DNA of 64,000 nt from Caecitellus pseudoparvulus. Taxonomy: Eukaryota; Protista; Bigyra: Bicosoecida. The notes beneath the pieces were generated by a model, which worked only from the letters and a program-made list of their open reading frames with translations, had not been told where the DNA came from and searched no databases. Where the stretch lies: NCBI GenBank assembly GCA_965644315.1, contig CBFFRQ010000068.1, forward strand, positions 620,001 through 684,000. Direction: 5' to 3'. Both the position numbers and the translations under genes were made by a program. Shown in pieces: positions 51,132 through 61,669 of this stretch. The number at the start of each line of letters is the position of its first letter. Position 1 is the first letter of the stretch.

Positions 51132-51740
51132 ACCACATCAATGTGCCCATTCTGACAGGCCAGCCGGAAGCCATACTCTGGCTTACCCACAAGCCCTGCA
51201 TGCACGTCTACCTCGCGATGCCCAATCAAGCTCAGCAGCTCGCGCACCACATCAATGTGCCCATTCTCACAAGCAACTCGGAAGCCATACTCAGGCTCGC
51301 CCTCAGGCCCTGCATGCACGTCCACCTCTCGGTGCCCAGTCAGTGCCAGCAGCTCGCGCACCACGCCCAGGTGCCCTTCCCCGCAGGCGAGCTGGAAGCC
51401 AGCCTCAGGCCCATAACGATCCCCAGCATGCACATTCACCTCCCGCGCCTCAGTGAGGGCCAGCAGCTCGCGTACTACGTCCACATGCCCATTCTGACAG
51501 GCAAGTATGAAGCCATACTCAGGCTCGCCCTCAGGCCCTGCATGCACATCCACCTCGCGGTGCCCAATCAAGCTCAGCAGCTCTCGCACCACATCAATGT
51601 GCCCATTCTCGCAGGCGAGCCGGAAGCCACGCTCAGGCCCATCTTGATCCTCTACGTGCACGTCCACCTCCCAAGAACCGCTCAATGCAAGCAGTTCACG
51701 CACTTTCGATACATCTCCGACCCTGCACGCTGCAATGAAA
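51132..51740 (-). repeat. 114-bp tandem ankyrin repeats, 5' block
   Basis: About five units of the same family as 48230-48931. Confidence 0.9.
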
Positions 51741-53528
51741 TCACCATCTCCCTCCCTTGCAACCTCTTCCTTCCCACACTGCATCTCCATCCAAGCATTC
51801 ACCTCAGCATCCACGCTCGCCATGCAGGCCACATCCCGCTTGCATGACGCACAGGCACTGGAGTACGCAGCCATGCAACTTCCCGGACCCCCAGCTAGCA
51901 ACAGCCGCACAGCATCAGCAAGCCAACCATCAACTGTAGCTCCATCCTCTCTCGCACCAGCTACAGCCTCCAACACGCCAGACAAACATCCACCCACTTC
52001 TTCTTGACACCACGCTCTACAGCATGAACTCAACACCACCCCACACTCACCCCCATCCAGTGCCTCCACCAGATCACCCACGCTGCCCCCCCCCACACCC
52101 TCCACCACAAAGCTCTCCAAACTCAAACCACCCAGCTCAACCTCGCAAGCCTCCGCCACGGCACATAAACCCAGCACCTTGACAGCCACGCGCTGCTTGA
52201 CACTCGCATCCACGGTGCTCCACGCTGCATCCTCCACAAACTTGCTCAGCGGCCAGCCTGCCTTACACTGCACCTGCACACCCACGCTGCTCTGCACACC
52301 CACTGGATCATCCGGCCCACCGCCAGCACAGCCATGCGCCAGTGAAACGTTGAGTGGAATCTGTGCCAGCCTCGGCAGTCCGTGGGCCATGCGCAACGTC
52401 TCCGCGCGCAACACAGAGGCCACACTCTGACTCATCGCCCCAGCACCTGCGGCCACACACCCTGCCCAGTGCTTCACATCACGAGCCCGGGGCTTGGCAT
52501 CAGGGATGATTCGGCTTTGAGCAAGGTACACACTGCAATCTTTGCTCATCCTGCACGCCACGCCTCCGGCCAGGTCCAGGCCAGTGAGCACCTTCAACCT
52601 GCGGCCACCTACCCCCACACCACACTTCAGCAGACCACGCAGCTTCTCCACCGCAGCCACCGCTGACTCCAGGTGCTCAGCAGCTACCTCGCTCTTAAGC
52701 TTGCCCGCTGCACCACCACGCAGCCATTCTGCTTGCTGCCGCATGGAGGCCAGCGCAGCAGCCACCGCCGCCTCCCCATCACCTCCATGTACCACACAGT
52801 CCACGATATCAGCTTTATCCACAGCCCGCCCCTCGCGCTCTGTCCACCACCGCGTCAGACCTGCCAGGGCCGTGTCCACACCCGCACATCCATCACGCAC
52901 GCTGTCCCACGCCTCCAGAATCGGCCCCCACACCGCACCCCCACGCGGCAACGCTCCCACATCTACACCAGACACCACCTGTCGCAGCACGTCCACCGCG
53001 CAGAAGCACCGGAAGGACAGATACTGCAGGGCAGCACACGCATGTCCGCTCTCGTCCTGGCCCGCAAGCGTAGACAACGCACTCCCGGCGTCACACAGTA
53101 GGCCGTCCAGCTCGGACAGACCCAAGCTACACGAATCATCACCCACAGCAGGTTCTGCGTGGTGCCCGATCGCAGCCAGCCCTCGTAGCGCTTGCATGCT
53201 GCATGTCGCGGCCTGGCACGCAATGCAACCTCTCCAGACACGCCAACAGCCGGGTGACACTGGCGCCACCCTCACCAGTGTCACCACCACCGCCAATCCC
53301 ATCTTCAGTGATCTGTGCTGCCATTTGCTTTGCTGCGGGCTGACATCGATCACCTACTGTCCCGAGATCGACCTGCTTGGCACTTATGCCGTTGGAGCAA
53401 TTACCGCAACTACCTTAGCCAAGCAGCCAATGGCAGCGGATGGGCGACCGAAGCCTCAATGCACGACTGAACATGAAAACAGCAAGACAAGAATGCCGGA
53501 CTTGCCAGGGCAGGTTCGGAGTTTTTGG

Positions 53529-55647
53529 CAGGGATCTCAGGGGTGTCCGGCCCCGCACCCCCCGGGTGTCCGGCTGAAGGGGGCCTTCGGCCCTTCCAGC
53601 CGGACACCCGGTGTCCGGGAACTGGCCTTCGGCCAGTCCCCGTACCCCCCTCCTCAAACACCTCAATAAACAATACCCTGTAGTCCATAGCATCGCTCTC
53701 TGGGTAGAATATTTCTTCTTGTGTCATCCTCTGTGAATCTGTGTAACTCTGAAAGTGCTTTACGTCGAAAACCGAATTAACGGTAGAGCGCAAAAGCAAC
53801 TTTACGATCATCTTTTACCACATATATAGGTATTGCTTCAGTTTTGCATCTGGGCAGGCAATCTTGTCCTACTCAACACGGTACCAAGCCCAAATAGTGC
53901 AAAATGTGTGCGATACTGTTTGTACGGCACTGTTTCGGTTGGCGTGGTGATCTGTGGTCTGTGTGGTGTCGCTTGCCTCGATGCCCAGAGCTCTGCTTAC
54001 CCAGTCCTGTGCAAGGAGCGAAAGCAATGCGGGGTGAAAGAAGAATGCAGACACACTTTGCGGTGAAACCTTGCCCAAATCGCGCAAAAGGGAAGGAGTA
54101 TCCCGCAGGAGGGGCGCCCTCATGGAGCTCCCGGATCCACCCGCCTGGACCATCCTTGAAACTTGCCTCCGCAAGCAGTGTCTCGGGCCTGAAAAGAAAG
54201 CCCGCCAAGATCAGTGCCTCAAAGCCAACTTTGCATTGGTATGCTATCTTCAGCACCTGATCTGTTTCTCCACATGCCATGAAGCGTTCCCTGCTTCCCT
54301 CCACCGGACCTCGGCGCCTTCTTGGGACCGCTTGGAGGCGCTCCTCCCGCTCGGACTCTCTTCTTGCCACCAACAGCCCGGCGCAAAGAAGCAGCTGAAG
54401 CCCCAACAAGTGATCATGCACGTGCAGCAGGAGCAACTCGAGAGGAAACAAGCTGCCCAGCTAGCCCATCCTGGTCCTTGACCAGGGCCTGGCCCTGCTC
54501 CTGGCGCCCAGTGTCGACTGAAGAGTTGCACACTTTGAAGCGTGGGTTCAGCCAGTCCTTGATGCGCCGAGCAACAAACTACTGATTGGAAAGCAGCAGG
54601 AGTTGGCTGCCAAGCAGTTGTGTGTGCCCTGGTCCTCTTACCACTGGCACACCAGTCGGTCAGCACGGAGAAGAAGCGCTCAGCGCCTGCACTTGTGACT
54701 GGTGTTGAGAACACTGCCTGCGCTACACGAGAATGGAGGGGCCAAACAGCTGTCTCCCTCTCCACCATGCTTCCAGATCCTTGCAGGGTGCGGCTTGCTT
54801 TTTGCCGTCGCTGCCGAACTCAATGCGAGCAAGCTGTCATTGACTCCCACAGAACGCAATAAAGTCACGCCACTCATCCTCGAATTGGAAAGCAGTCCCT
54901 GCGTTGTTGTCCAACAGGTGCAGCAGCTCTGTTTCACCGTTAATCTGCCCTCTGCAAAGGATCATGACCAAACCACGGACTTCAGCAGGTTCGGGGAGCT
55001 CTCCAGGCTCTGCGTGCGTGCAGTACTTGGGGATTGACTTGTTGAAGTGTGCCAACCGATGACCAGCGTCTGGCAGAGGACGTAGCAGGCCCATGAGGTT
55101 CCACCTGGCGGCGATGACTACGCCCCACTCCTTGAGCCTCATCCAGCCCTGATCCGCAGCCTGGAGGCCCAGCGCAGCGACGGTGGCTTGAGCGCGCTGT
55201 AGAGAAGGCATGTCTCCTCTCCCAGGATCCGGGGCACACTGAAGTCTCTCACCAATGTCAGTGAGGCGCACTGCTCTGCTGCACGCCCTCTGCCATGATG
55301 ATGCAGGGACAACAGTGAAACGTGACCGAAACTCCCAATCACTGCACCTCCGTTGCACACGAATCTGGTCTTGCTCAGGAACCTAGAGGCGTATATATCA
55401 AGCCCCTAAAACCAAATCATTGATGTGATTTGGTGCATTGATGGCAAAGTGGCACTTGACCCTGCTCGGGGACCAGCGCTGGCAGGCGGATGGAGGAGGG
55501 AGGAGGATGAGCGTCTCTCAGCGCCTTGGACACGGGCGGCGAAGGGGGAGGGGGGTCCACAGGGGGCACCCCCCCTATGGTTTGGGTGTCCGGCATCTCA
55601 GCAAAAAAGGTGCGGAAATAGCTTCCCGGACACCCCTGAGATCCCTG
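53529..55647 (-). mobile_element. hAT-superfamily DNA transposon (decayed, ~2.1 kb)
   Basis: Perfect 22-bp TIRs CAGGGATCTCAGGGGTGTCCGG (53529-53550; 55626-55647). Flanks GTTTTTGG / GTTTTTGC give an 8-bp TSD with one mismatch. Carries a hAT dimerization-domain remnant. Confidence 0.92.
54220..55358 (-). pseudogene. hAT transposase remnant
   Basis: DLEAWW / (frameshift) WPLHSRVAQAVFSTPVTSAGAERFFS matches the hAT C-terminal dimerization motif. It has in-frame stops and is too short for a full transposase. Confidence 0.85.
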
Positions 55648-56083
55648 GTTTTTGCTCGTCAGGGTGGTCAACTGCGAAAGCCTGCACGCTGTCGCTGGAG
55701 TTACCAGAAAGTGCAGCGTCGTCGTCCGCCCTGTGCCAGACTGTGGTTCCCGCAGCGCATAAAGCCTCGTCCTGGGGCAAATGAAAGCACTGCAGCAGCA
55801 AGGTTGGTCCGTCCCCTTGGCAGTATTTCGGCGCTGGAGTGGATCGGTGGCGTCGAGGATTCCACACTCATCATGACAGTTTGACCATGCCCGAAGCCTG
55901 CTCAGCTCATGCAGAGATCTCCCTGGCACCTGCCTGAGCAAACGCACATTTGACGGTCCTCGGCAGCCTGGCAACCGATCGGTTGGCGGCGAACGCGTTC
56001 ACAAACGGATGCGGCTTCATCGGTTGCACTCGACTTTCATTACAACATTTTTACGTAGTCTGGGTTTACTCACCATAGCATAG

Positions 56084-56165
56084 GTCAATATGCCGGAGTG
56101 GTTAACGGGATTGACTCGAAATCAATTGTGCTTTGCACTCGCAGGTTCGAATCCTGCTGTTGACG
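56084..56165 (+). tRNA. tRNA-Ser (CGA)
   Basis: Acceptor GTCAATA/TGTTGAC, anticodon arm ATTGA-CTCGAAA-TCAAT, long variable arm GTGC-TTT-GCAC, T arm GCAGG-TTCGAAT-CCTGC, G73. A T6 terminator follows at 56169-56174. Confidence 0.96.
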
Positions 56166-56317
56166 ATCTTTTTTCCGCCCGGGTTTCCTCGGCCTTTCAC
56201 GCTCAAACACGCCGCATGCACAAAACCACCAACGCTAGCAACACGTAGAACTATCACAGTACCTTATGCCTCTGGCTGACCGTACTCTGCTACCCCTCCT
56301 TTCTTTACACAATCACC

Positions 56318-56807
56318 ATGGCTGCCTCGGACAGCATGACGATCGAGGTCCGAGTACGTTGGCCGTGCAGGTCGCCCGTGGAGCCCCAGCCTCTGGAGCA
56401 CCCCCGCTGAACGGCTCACAGACCTTGACTGGACGTAAGGTTTCCTTTGACGTGGAGTCCACGACCACGGTGAGCACGGCTGACCTGCGTCTGCTCTTTG
56501 GCGTGGTGGGCGTGGCGACAGCAGCAGCGCCAGCATGCCCACGGCGCGCGTTGCATGCAGGTGGCAGAGCTGAAGGCTGAGCTGCAGGAGAAGGAGGGCA
56601 TTCACAGCAGCCAGATTCGCCTCTTGCACTCCGGGGAGAAGCTGTGCGTCGCATGGAGCCTGACAGGGGCCGCAGCGTGCCTGCGGAACTGCTGCGTGCA
56701 CACTCGTTGCTTGTCCGCGCAGCAACAATTCGGAAACATTGGGCAGCCACGGCATCAAGGCGGGCAGCACCATCAACATGGTGTTGTCCATGCGTGCAGG
56801 CAACTGA
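56318..56807 (+). CDS. Divergent NEDD8/ubiquitin-like protein (4 exons, 83 aa)
   Basis: Exons 56318-56353, 56422-56469, 56561-56643 and 56723-56807 give MAASDSMTIEVRTLTGRKVSFDVESTTTVAELKAELQEKEGIHSSQIRLLHSGEKLNNSETLGSHGIKAGSTINMVLSMRAGN. Confidence 0.88.
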
Positions 56808-56824
56808 ATTCACTTGTAGACCGC

Positions 56825-59800
56825 TCACTTAGCGGCCTCTTCACCCTCACCAGCCCCCCCTGGCTGCGCTGCGTCGCTGGCATGTGACAGCAGCAAGCTC
56901 TCCAGGGTCTCGTCATCTGCTTCGGTGTCGCCAAGGACGCCACTAGCCCGCAGGGACATGATGACCTGGTTCAGCGGCATGCCCATGCTCAGCAGGCGCA
57001 AGTACTTGCCAAACACGGGGTGCGAGAAGTCCCCCTCTGGTGCCGCTGAACTTTCAGATGCACCAGTCCCCTCTGCAGGCGTGGACTGGTCTTGAGGTGC
57101 CGCTGGGGTGGGGTTGTGGACTTTCTTCTTCTGTCCTGCGGCTGCTTGCAGCGTGTTGATGGCCTCTTGCCTTGCCTTGGCTTCGGCTGCCGCGGCCGCC
57201 TCCCGCTCTTGCTCCATGGCTCGGATCTCATCAGGGGTGTAGATCTTAAAGGCAGCCTCAGGAGCTCGGTAGCGTGAGCCGGGGGCAGACGAGGCAGCTG
57301 TGCCACCGGAGCCAGACACAGTGTGCTCGCCCTGCGCTGGCGGCCACGCGACGTACGTCAGCGCTGCCAGTGCAGCATCCGAGGGAGCCAAGGACCCGAT
57401 GTCCACTGCACTGGCATCCACTCCCACTGCGGCACATGCCTCCTCCAGGCCGACTTGCAGCATTGATGTGGAGAATTCAGTGGCATCCTTGCCCTCTGGC
57501 GCTGCGTGCAGCAGGCGCAGGCGTGCCGCCACTTCGTCCTCCTGCTCATCCACCCAGGCCACCACGTCCCCCTGCTTCAGGCGCCAGGGCTTGCCAGCAA
57601 CTGTGCGGGTGGGCAAGGGCTGGCTGCCCTTGCCGATACCTAGGTCGCCGCTCAAACGCGCTGCGTCCCAGTACTTCTGCGAGGGCAGGGCGGAGCGCGC
57701 ATCAGCCAGCTGGTACGAGAACGGCTTAGCCCACTGTACTTGAGGGGCGCTGTCCCCGTCCTGCTTACAGCCCGCCAGGGCAAGCACACGTGTGGCTAGG
57801 TGCTTGAAGGTCTGGTCGCGAGAGCAGCTCAGCTCAACGGCTGGTTCCAGTACGCCTGTAATGGGTCGCCACCTGCGGGTAGCAAGAAGGATGTCGTCCT
57901 GGGTGAACGTCTCGCCCTCCTCAGGCGCCGGCTGCACCACCAGCAGGCGGCCATCTGCAAGCCCGCGGCTGGAGATGCCTGCAAGCGTGGCTGTGTCTAG
58001 GTGCACCCCTGTGAGTTTTACAGTGGTGCCTTTGCTGACTTCCCGCAGGCGCATGCGGGAGGGAGGGGGCATGCCTGGCGCATCGGCAAAGCGGGTGTGC
58101 AGAAGTGCCTTGGCCGCCGGCACTGCCGTGTCCGTGGCCATTTCCACGTTGCCCAGTTTCACAAAGCGGGGGTCCTTGGTCAGCGTGGCCTTGGCACCAG
58201 GCTTACGGGGTGGGGGGGGCTGCTCACCGTCCACGAACAGCCAGACGCACCAGAGAATCTCCCCCAGCCCAAGCGGCCGCCCACGCTCCAGCACCACCCG
58301 CCCGCCCTCCATGAGTCCGTAGTACGTCAGCCTCGCCTGGGAGTCTTTCCACTCCTGCCCAGCCCCTGTGATGGAACTCCCGGCCACTGGCTTGTGGGTG
58401 CCTCGGTACGCCCGCACCTTGAAGTGCTCCTCCTGCAGCTCCGCCTCCCCAGCCGCCTCACGCAGCATTGGCAGGATGGCAGCTTTGAGGTCTCGCACAG
58501 TGCTGCGCCTGTCAATGTCCAGGGACAGCTCGGCAGCATCGGGGGGGACGTCTTCACCAGCCGGCACCAGCGCGTTGAAGGTGATTGTGACGGTGTTCAC
58601 GACGTTCTCGTGCAAGTGCACCAAGGGACTGGGCAGAGGGGGCAGCCCCGAAAGGAAATACGAACCAGCCGGGACTTGATCCGGCACCAATCCCGTGACA
58701 TCCGAAGGCTCCACGCCCCCTTCAACTACTGCCACAGACACCTGCCCCAGGCCAATGGGAGCCCCCACATCCTCAGTGGCTTCGCCAGTCTGACCGAGAG
58801 TGACCTGGGCCGCCCACGGGGCTGGAAGCAGCTCAACTTGCACCGTGTCGCCTGGCACCAAGCTCACTCTGCGCGCGATGCTGCCCCGAGAGGTTCCGTG
58901 GGACACGCCTGCAGAGGATAGGGGTGCTTGCAGCGGAATGTGGAAGGTGGCAGGCGTCGGCTCACCAGCAGCCGCGGGTCCGACGGGGGGTGCTAGCTCC
59001 CCCAGCACCAGCACATCTTCCCCACGCAGCACGACAAACCGGCACCGACCCTGCCAGTCAGCCCCGTCAGGCATGCTGCGGAGCAGGGCCTGCTGGACAC
59101 AGCGCTGCAAATCGGCTACAGTCGGCAGCTTCTCGCCCGACTCGGGCGCTGGTCCGACGCACACGGTCAGGGCGGCATGGTGGGTCAAGGAGCCGTCGGC
59201 ACCTTGGCTCACAGGCGCGATGCGCAGGGGCATGCCCCCTTCCTCCCAGAGGGGCCACTCGACTTGGGCCGTCTGCCGGGTCTCCAAGATAAATGGCTTG
59301 TGTGCTGGCATGTCCACCTCTTGCAAGCGGGGTGGCGCGCTGCCTGGCATGGCCAGCGGTGCCAGAGCAATATCCTTGACGGGGTCGTACCGCCGGAGGC
59401 GGGCCAGGGACGTGAGGGCAGCCACTTCCGCAGGTGGAAGATGCGCCAAGGCGGGCGCTACAACCCCAGATTGCACAGCCCCCAAGTCATCTTGGCCGAA
59501 ATCCCCGGCAGTCTCTGGCGCAGCCACTGGCTCGCCACGCACGAGGGTGTACGTGCCAGGCTGTACCTCGCGCACCCACACGCCAGCTGCCTGCGCCGCA
59601 CGCACCGTGGCTGCGGTCAGGTCTCGGCTTTCGTGCAAGCGGATGGGAAACACAGGGAGGCGCCTGGGCTCCCCGTCGCCACTGGCTGCGCCTTGCCCTT
59701 CAGCGGCGTCTTCCTCAGGCGCAAGCAGGCTGGCTTCTGACACGCCGCTGGCATCAGGCACGCTGGCAATGTCGACGTGCACCCGCATGCCCCGCATCTT

Positions 59801-61669
59801 GCGTTCCCACTCCCACTCCTCCTTGAGCTCAAGGTACTTCACGTTCGCAGCTGCCAGCTCATCCGCCAAGTCAGCGGGCACGTCTGCGTCCGTGACACGC
59901 GGCGGCTCCGTGATGGGCGTCACTGGCGTCACGTCTTGAGGGGGCGGCATGCGTCGGTAGAACAGCATGTATGCCCCCGTCGTCGCGTCATATGCGCCAC
60001 CGCGTGCCTTGGGCGCTGCAGCGCTGTCCGCGCCCACACGCTCAGCTTCCTCTGCCTGCTCGCTAGGGCTTGCCAGCCCCAGTGCTCGCCGCAGCTCCGG
60101 CATGCTCAGCTCCTTCACTTCCGAGTCGTTGAACTTCATCCAGCGGTACTGGAACTGCCCTGCCTCCAGGCTGCTCACAGGCACTGGCTCTGTGGCGTCC
60201 TCGGCGCCTTGCGACGTGGCAGATGCTTGAGCAGCCGGCGCGTCTTCTGTGGCGCCTGGGCCTGCGGCGGCAGGCTCAGGCGCGGCCTTCTCCGACTTGC
60301 CTGCATCGGGTGTGTTCTGGCCCGCCTTACTCGGCCCAGACGCGCTGTCTGCCGCCTCGCTCGTGCCCTGCGGCGCGGCTTGGCGAGCTTCCCGCCGGGC
60401 CACAGACGCCAGACGTGCTTGCTCCAAGCCCTCTGCCCTGGAGCGCTGCTGGCCTGCCTGGTAGTCCTTGATGTAAGCGAAGTAGTGTCCCCCATGCGCT
60501 CCCCCTACGTGCATCATGACGCCCACCAACTCGTACAGGAAGGGCCCCCACTTCGCAGGTGGCTCGGGGACGCCAACGGCAGGCAGTGCGTCTGCCGGGT
60601 GCTGCCCATCCAGGTACTTGCGGCAGGCTGGGGCCAGGTCCAGGACCAAGGGAAATGGCACGCTGTCTGTCACCTTGAGGCGTGTCATGGTGTTGAAGTT
60701 CCACTCGTACCGAGACAGGTGCAGGGGCAGGACACGGGGCAACTTACTGCCGCCGTCTCCCTCCTCTTCCTCTGCCAGGAAGTGCCAGCCCTTGTATGCT
60801 TTGACTTTGGTGCCGCACCCAGAGCAGGCATAGGCGTTGCCGCCCTCCAGCACCTCGGGCGTGACGTTGCTCAGCAAGGCGGCTTGCAGGCTGGGGGCCC
60901 CCTTGATGTGCACGACAGGGGTGGTGAAGGCCTCCATGTTCAAGCTTTCGTACCCACAGGCTGTGCAGTGGATGAAGTGCTGCAGGCGCCCTGTCTGGGC
61001 CGTAGACACGTACTCTGCGAGGGGGGTGCCGGAGCCTGCGAACTCCAGCCCAGCCATGAGCACAGCCATGCACTCCCCCACATCGTGCTGCACGAACGCC
61101 TGCCCACCCGCGGCGTCCCAGCCAAAGGACTTGGTTAGTGCCGTCGTGTGGACTGCGCCCTGCTCCCCCAGTTGCAGTTGGGCAAAGAGGCGCTGCAACT
61201 GCGTTCGTCGAGCGGATGCGGGGTGAGTGCGTGGCAAGGTGGGCAACTGGCTCGGCGGTGTTGAGCTGGGGGCCGCCACCCACCTGGCGGGGTAAACACA
61301 GTCGCTCTTCTCCGTGCAAATCGGGGTCGTACTTCCACTCTGCGGGAGCAGGCAACGCGGGTGCAGTGCCGGGGGGCGTTTGCGTCGGGGAGAGAAACGG
61401 CACGCACTGTACACTGCCCAGCGGCAGTCTGGCAGCATGTACAGGAGCTGCAGCAGGGAGTTCAAGTAACACGTCGAGCCTTGGTTGATGAGGCCCGTGT
61501 AGCCCGTGGTGGACTTGTCAATGAAGCGCATGCCTGCGAACTTGGCCGCTCGGCCTGGCACTGAAGCGCCCACAGCACCAGCCCTGCCAGTTGCTGTGAT
61601 GGCCTCCGAGGTCTCCTCCACGAACTTCCTGCGCGACTGCAGGGCAGCTTCCAACCCAGGAACTGCCAT
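56825..61669 (-). CDS. Ubiquitin carboxyl-terminal hydrolase (USP40/USP47-like)
   Basis: Cys box GLINQGSTCYLNSLLQ, QHD, His box HVGGAHGGHYFAYIK and WMKFND; long C-terminal region with probable Ubl domains. Confidence 0.93.
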   Translation of the reverse strand: MAVPGLEAALQSRRKFVEETSEAITATGRAGAVGASVPGRAAKFAGMRFIDKSTTGYTGLINQGSTCYLNSLLQLLYMLPDCRWAVYSACRFSPRRKRPPALHPRCLLPQSGSTTPICTEKSDCVYPARWVAAPSSTPPSQLPTLPRTHPASARRTQLQRLFAQLQLGEQGAVHTTALTKSFGWDAAGGQAFVQHDVGECMAVLMAGLEFAGSGTPLAEYVSTAQTGRLQHFIHCTACGYESLNMEAFTTPVVHIKGAPSLQAALLSNVTPEVLEGGNAYACSGCGTKVKAYKGWHFLAEEEEGDGGSKLPRVLPLHLSRYEWNFNTMTRLKVTDSVPFPLVLDLAPACRKYLDGQHPADALPAVGVPEPPAKWGPFLYELVGVMMHVGGAHGGHYFAYIKDYQAGQQRSRAEGLEQARLASVARREARQAAPQGTSEAADSASGPSKAGQNTPDAGKSEKAAPEPAAAGPGATEDAPAAQASATSQGAEDATEPVPVSSLEAGQFQYRWMKFNDSEVKELSMPELRRALGLASPSEQAEEAERVGADSAAAPKARGGAYDATTGAYMLFYRRMPPPQDVTPVTPITEPPRVTDADVPADLADELAAANVKYLELKEEWEWERKMRGMRVHVDIASVPDASGVSEASLLAPEEDAAEGQGAASGDGEPRRLPVFPIRLHESRDLTAATVRAAQAAGVWVREVQPGTYTLVRGEPVAAPETAGDFGQDDLGAVQSGVVAPALAHLPPAEVAALTSLARLRRYDPVKDIALAPLAMPGSAPPRLQEVDMPAHKPFILETRQTAQVEWPLWEEGGMPLRIAPVSQGADGSLTHHAALTVCVGPAPESGEKLPTVADLQRCVQQALLRSMPDGADWQGRCRFVVLRGEDVLVLGELAPPVGPAAAGEPTPATFHIPLQAPLSSAGVSHGTSRGSIARRVSLVPGDTVQVELLPAPWAAQVTLGQTGEATEDVGAPIGLGQVSVAVVEGGVEPSDVTGLVPDQVPAGSYFLSGLPPLPSPLVHLHENVVNTVTITFNALVPAGEDVPPDAAELSLDIDRRSTVRDLKAAILPMLREAAGEAELQEEHFKVRAYRGTHKPVAGSSITGAGQEWKDSQARLTYYGLMEGGRVVLERGRPLGLGEILWCVWLFVDGEQPPPPRKPGAKATLTKDPRFVKLGNVEMATDTAVPAAKALLHTRFADAPGMPPPSRMRLREVSKGTTVKLTGVHLDTATLAGISSRGLADGRLLVVQPAPEEGETFTQDDILLATRRWRPITGVLEPAVELSCSRDQTFKHLATRVLALAGCKQDGDSAPQVQWAKPFSYQLADARSALPSQKYWDAARLSGDLGIGKGSQPLPTRTVAGKPWRLKQGDVVAWVDEQEDEVAARLRLLHAAPEGKDATEFSTSMLQVGLEEACAAVGVDASAVDIGSLAPSDAALAALTYVAWPPAQGEHTVSGSGGTAASSAPGSRYRAPEAAFKIYTPDEIRAMEQEREAAAAAEAKARQEAINTLQAAAGQKKKVHNPTPAAPQDQSTPAEGTGASESSAAPEGDFSHPVFGKYLRLLSMGMPLNQVIMSLRASGVLGDTEADDETLESLLLSHASDAAQPGGAGEGEEAAK

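Larger units (their letters stand above)
48082..53353 (-). pseudogene. Helical + pseudokinase-like + ankyrin-repeat gene interrupted by a 2.2-kb insertion
   Basis: ORFs 51005-53353 and 48082-48933 join in frame (...IDVV|RELLKL...) when 48932-51131 is removed, giving 3072 nt. Confidence 0.8.

Noticed and set aside
48230-51740. CRISPR-like array
   Set aside because: The repeats are contiguous 114-bp coding ankyrin units with no unique spacers and no cas genes.
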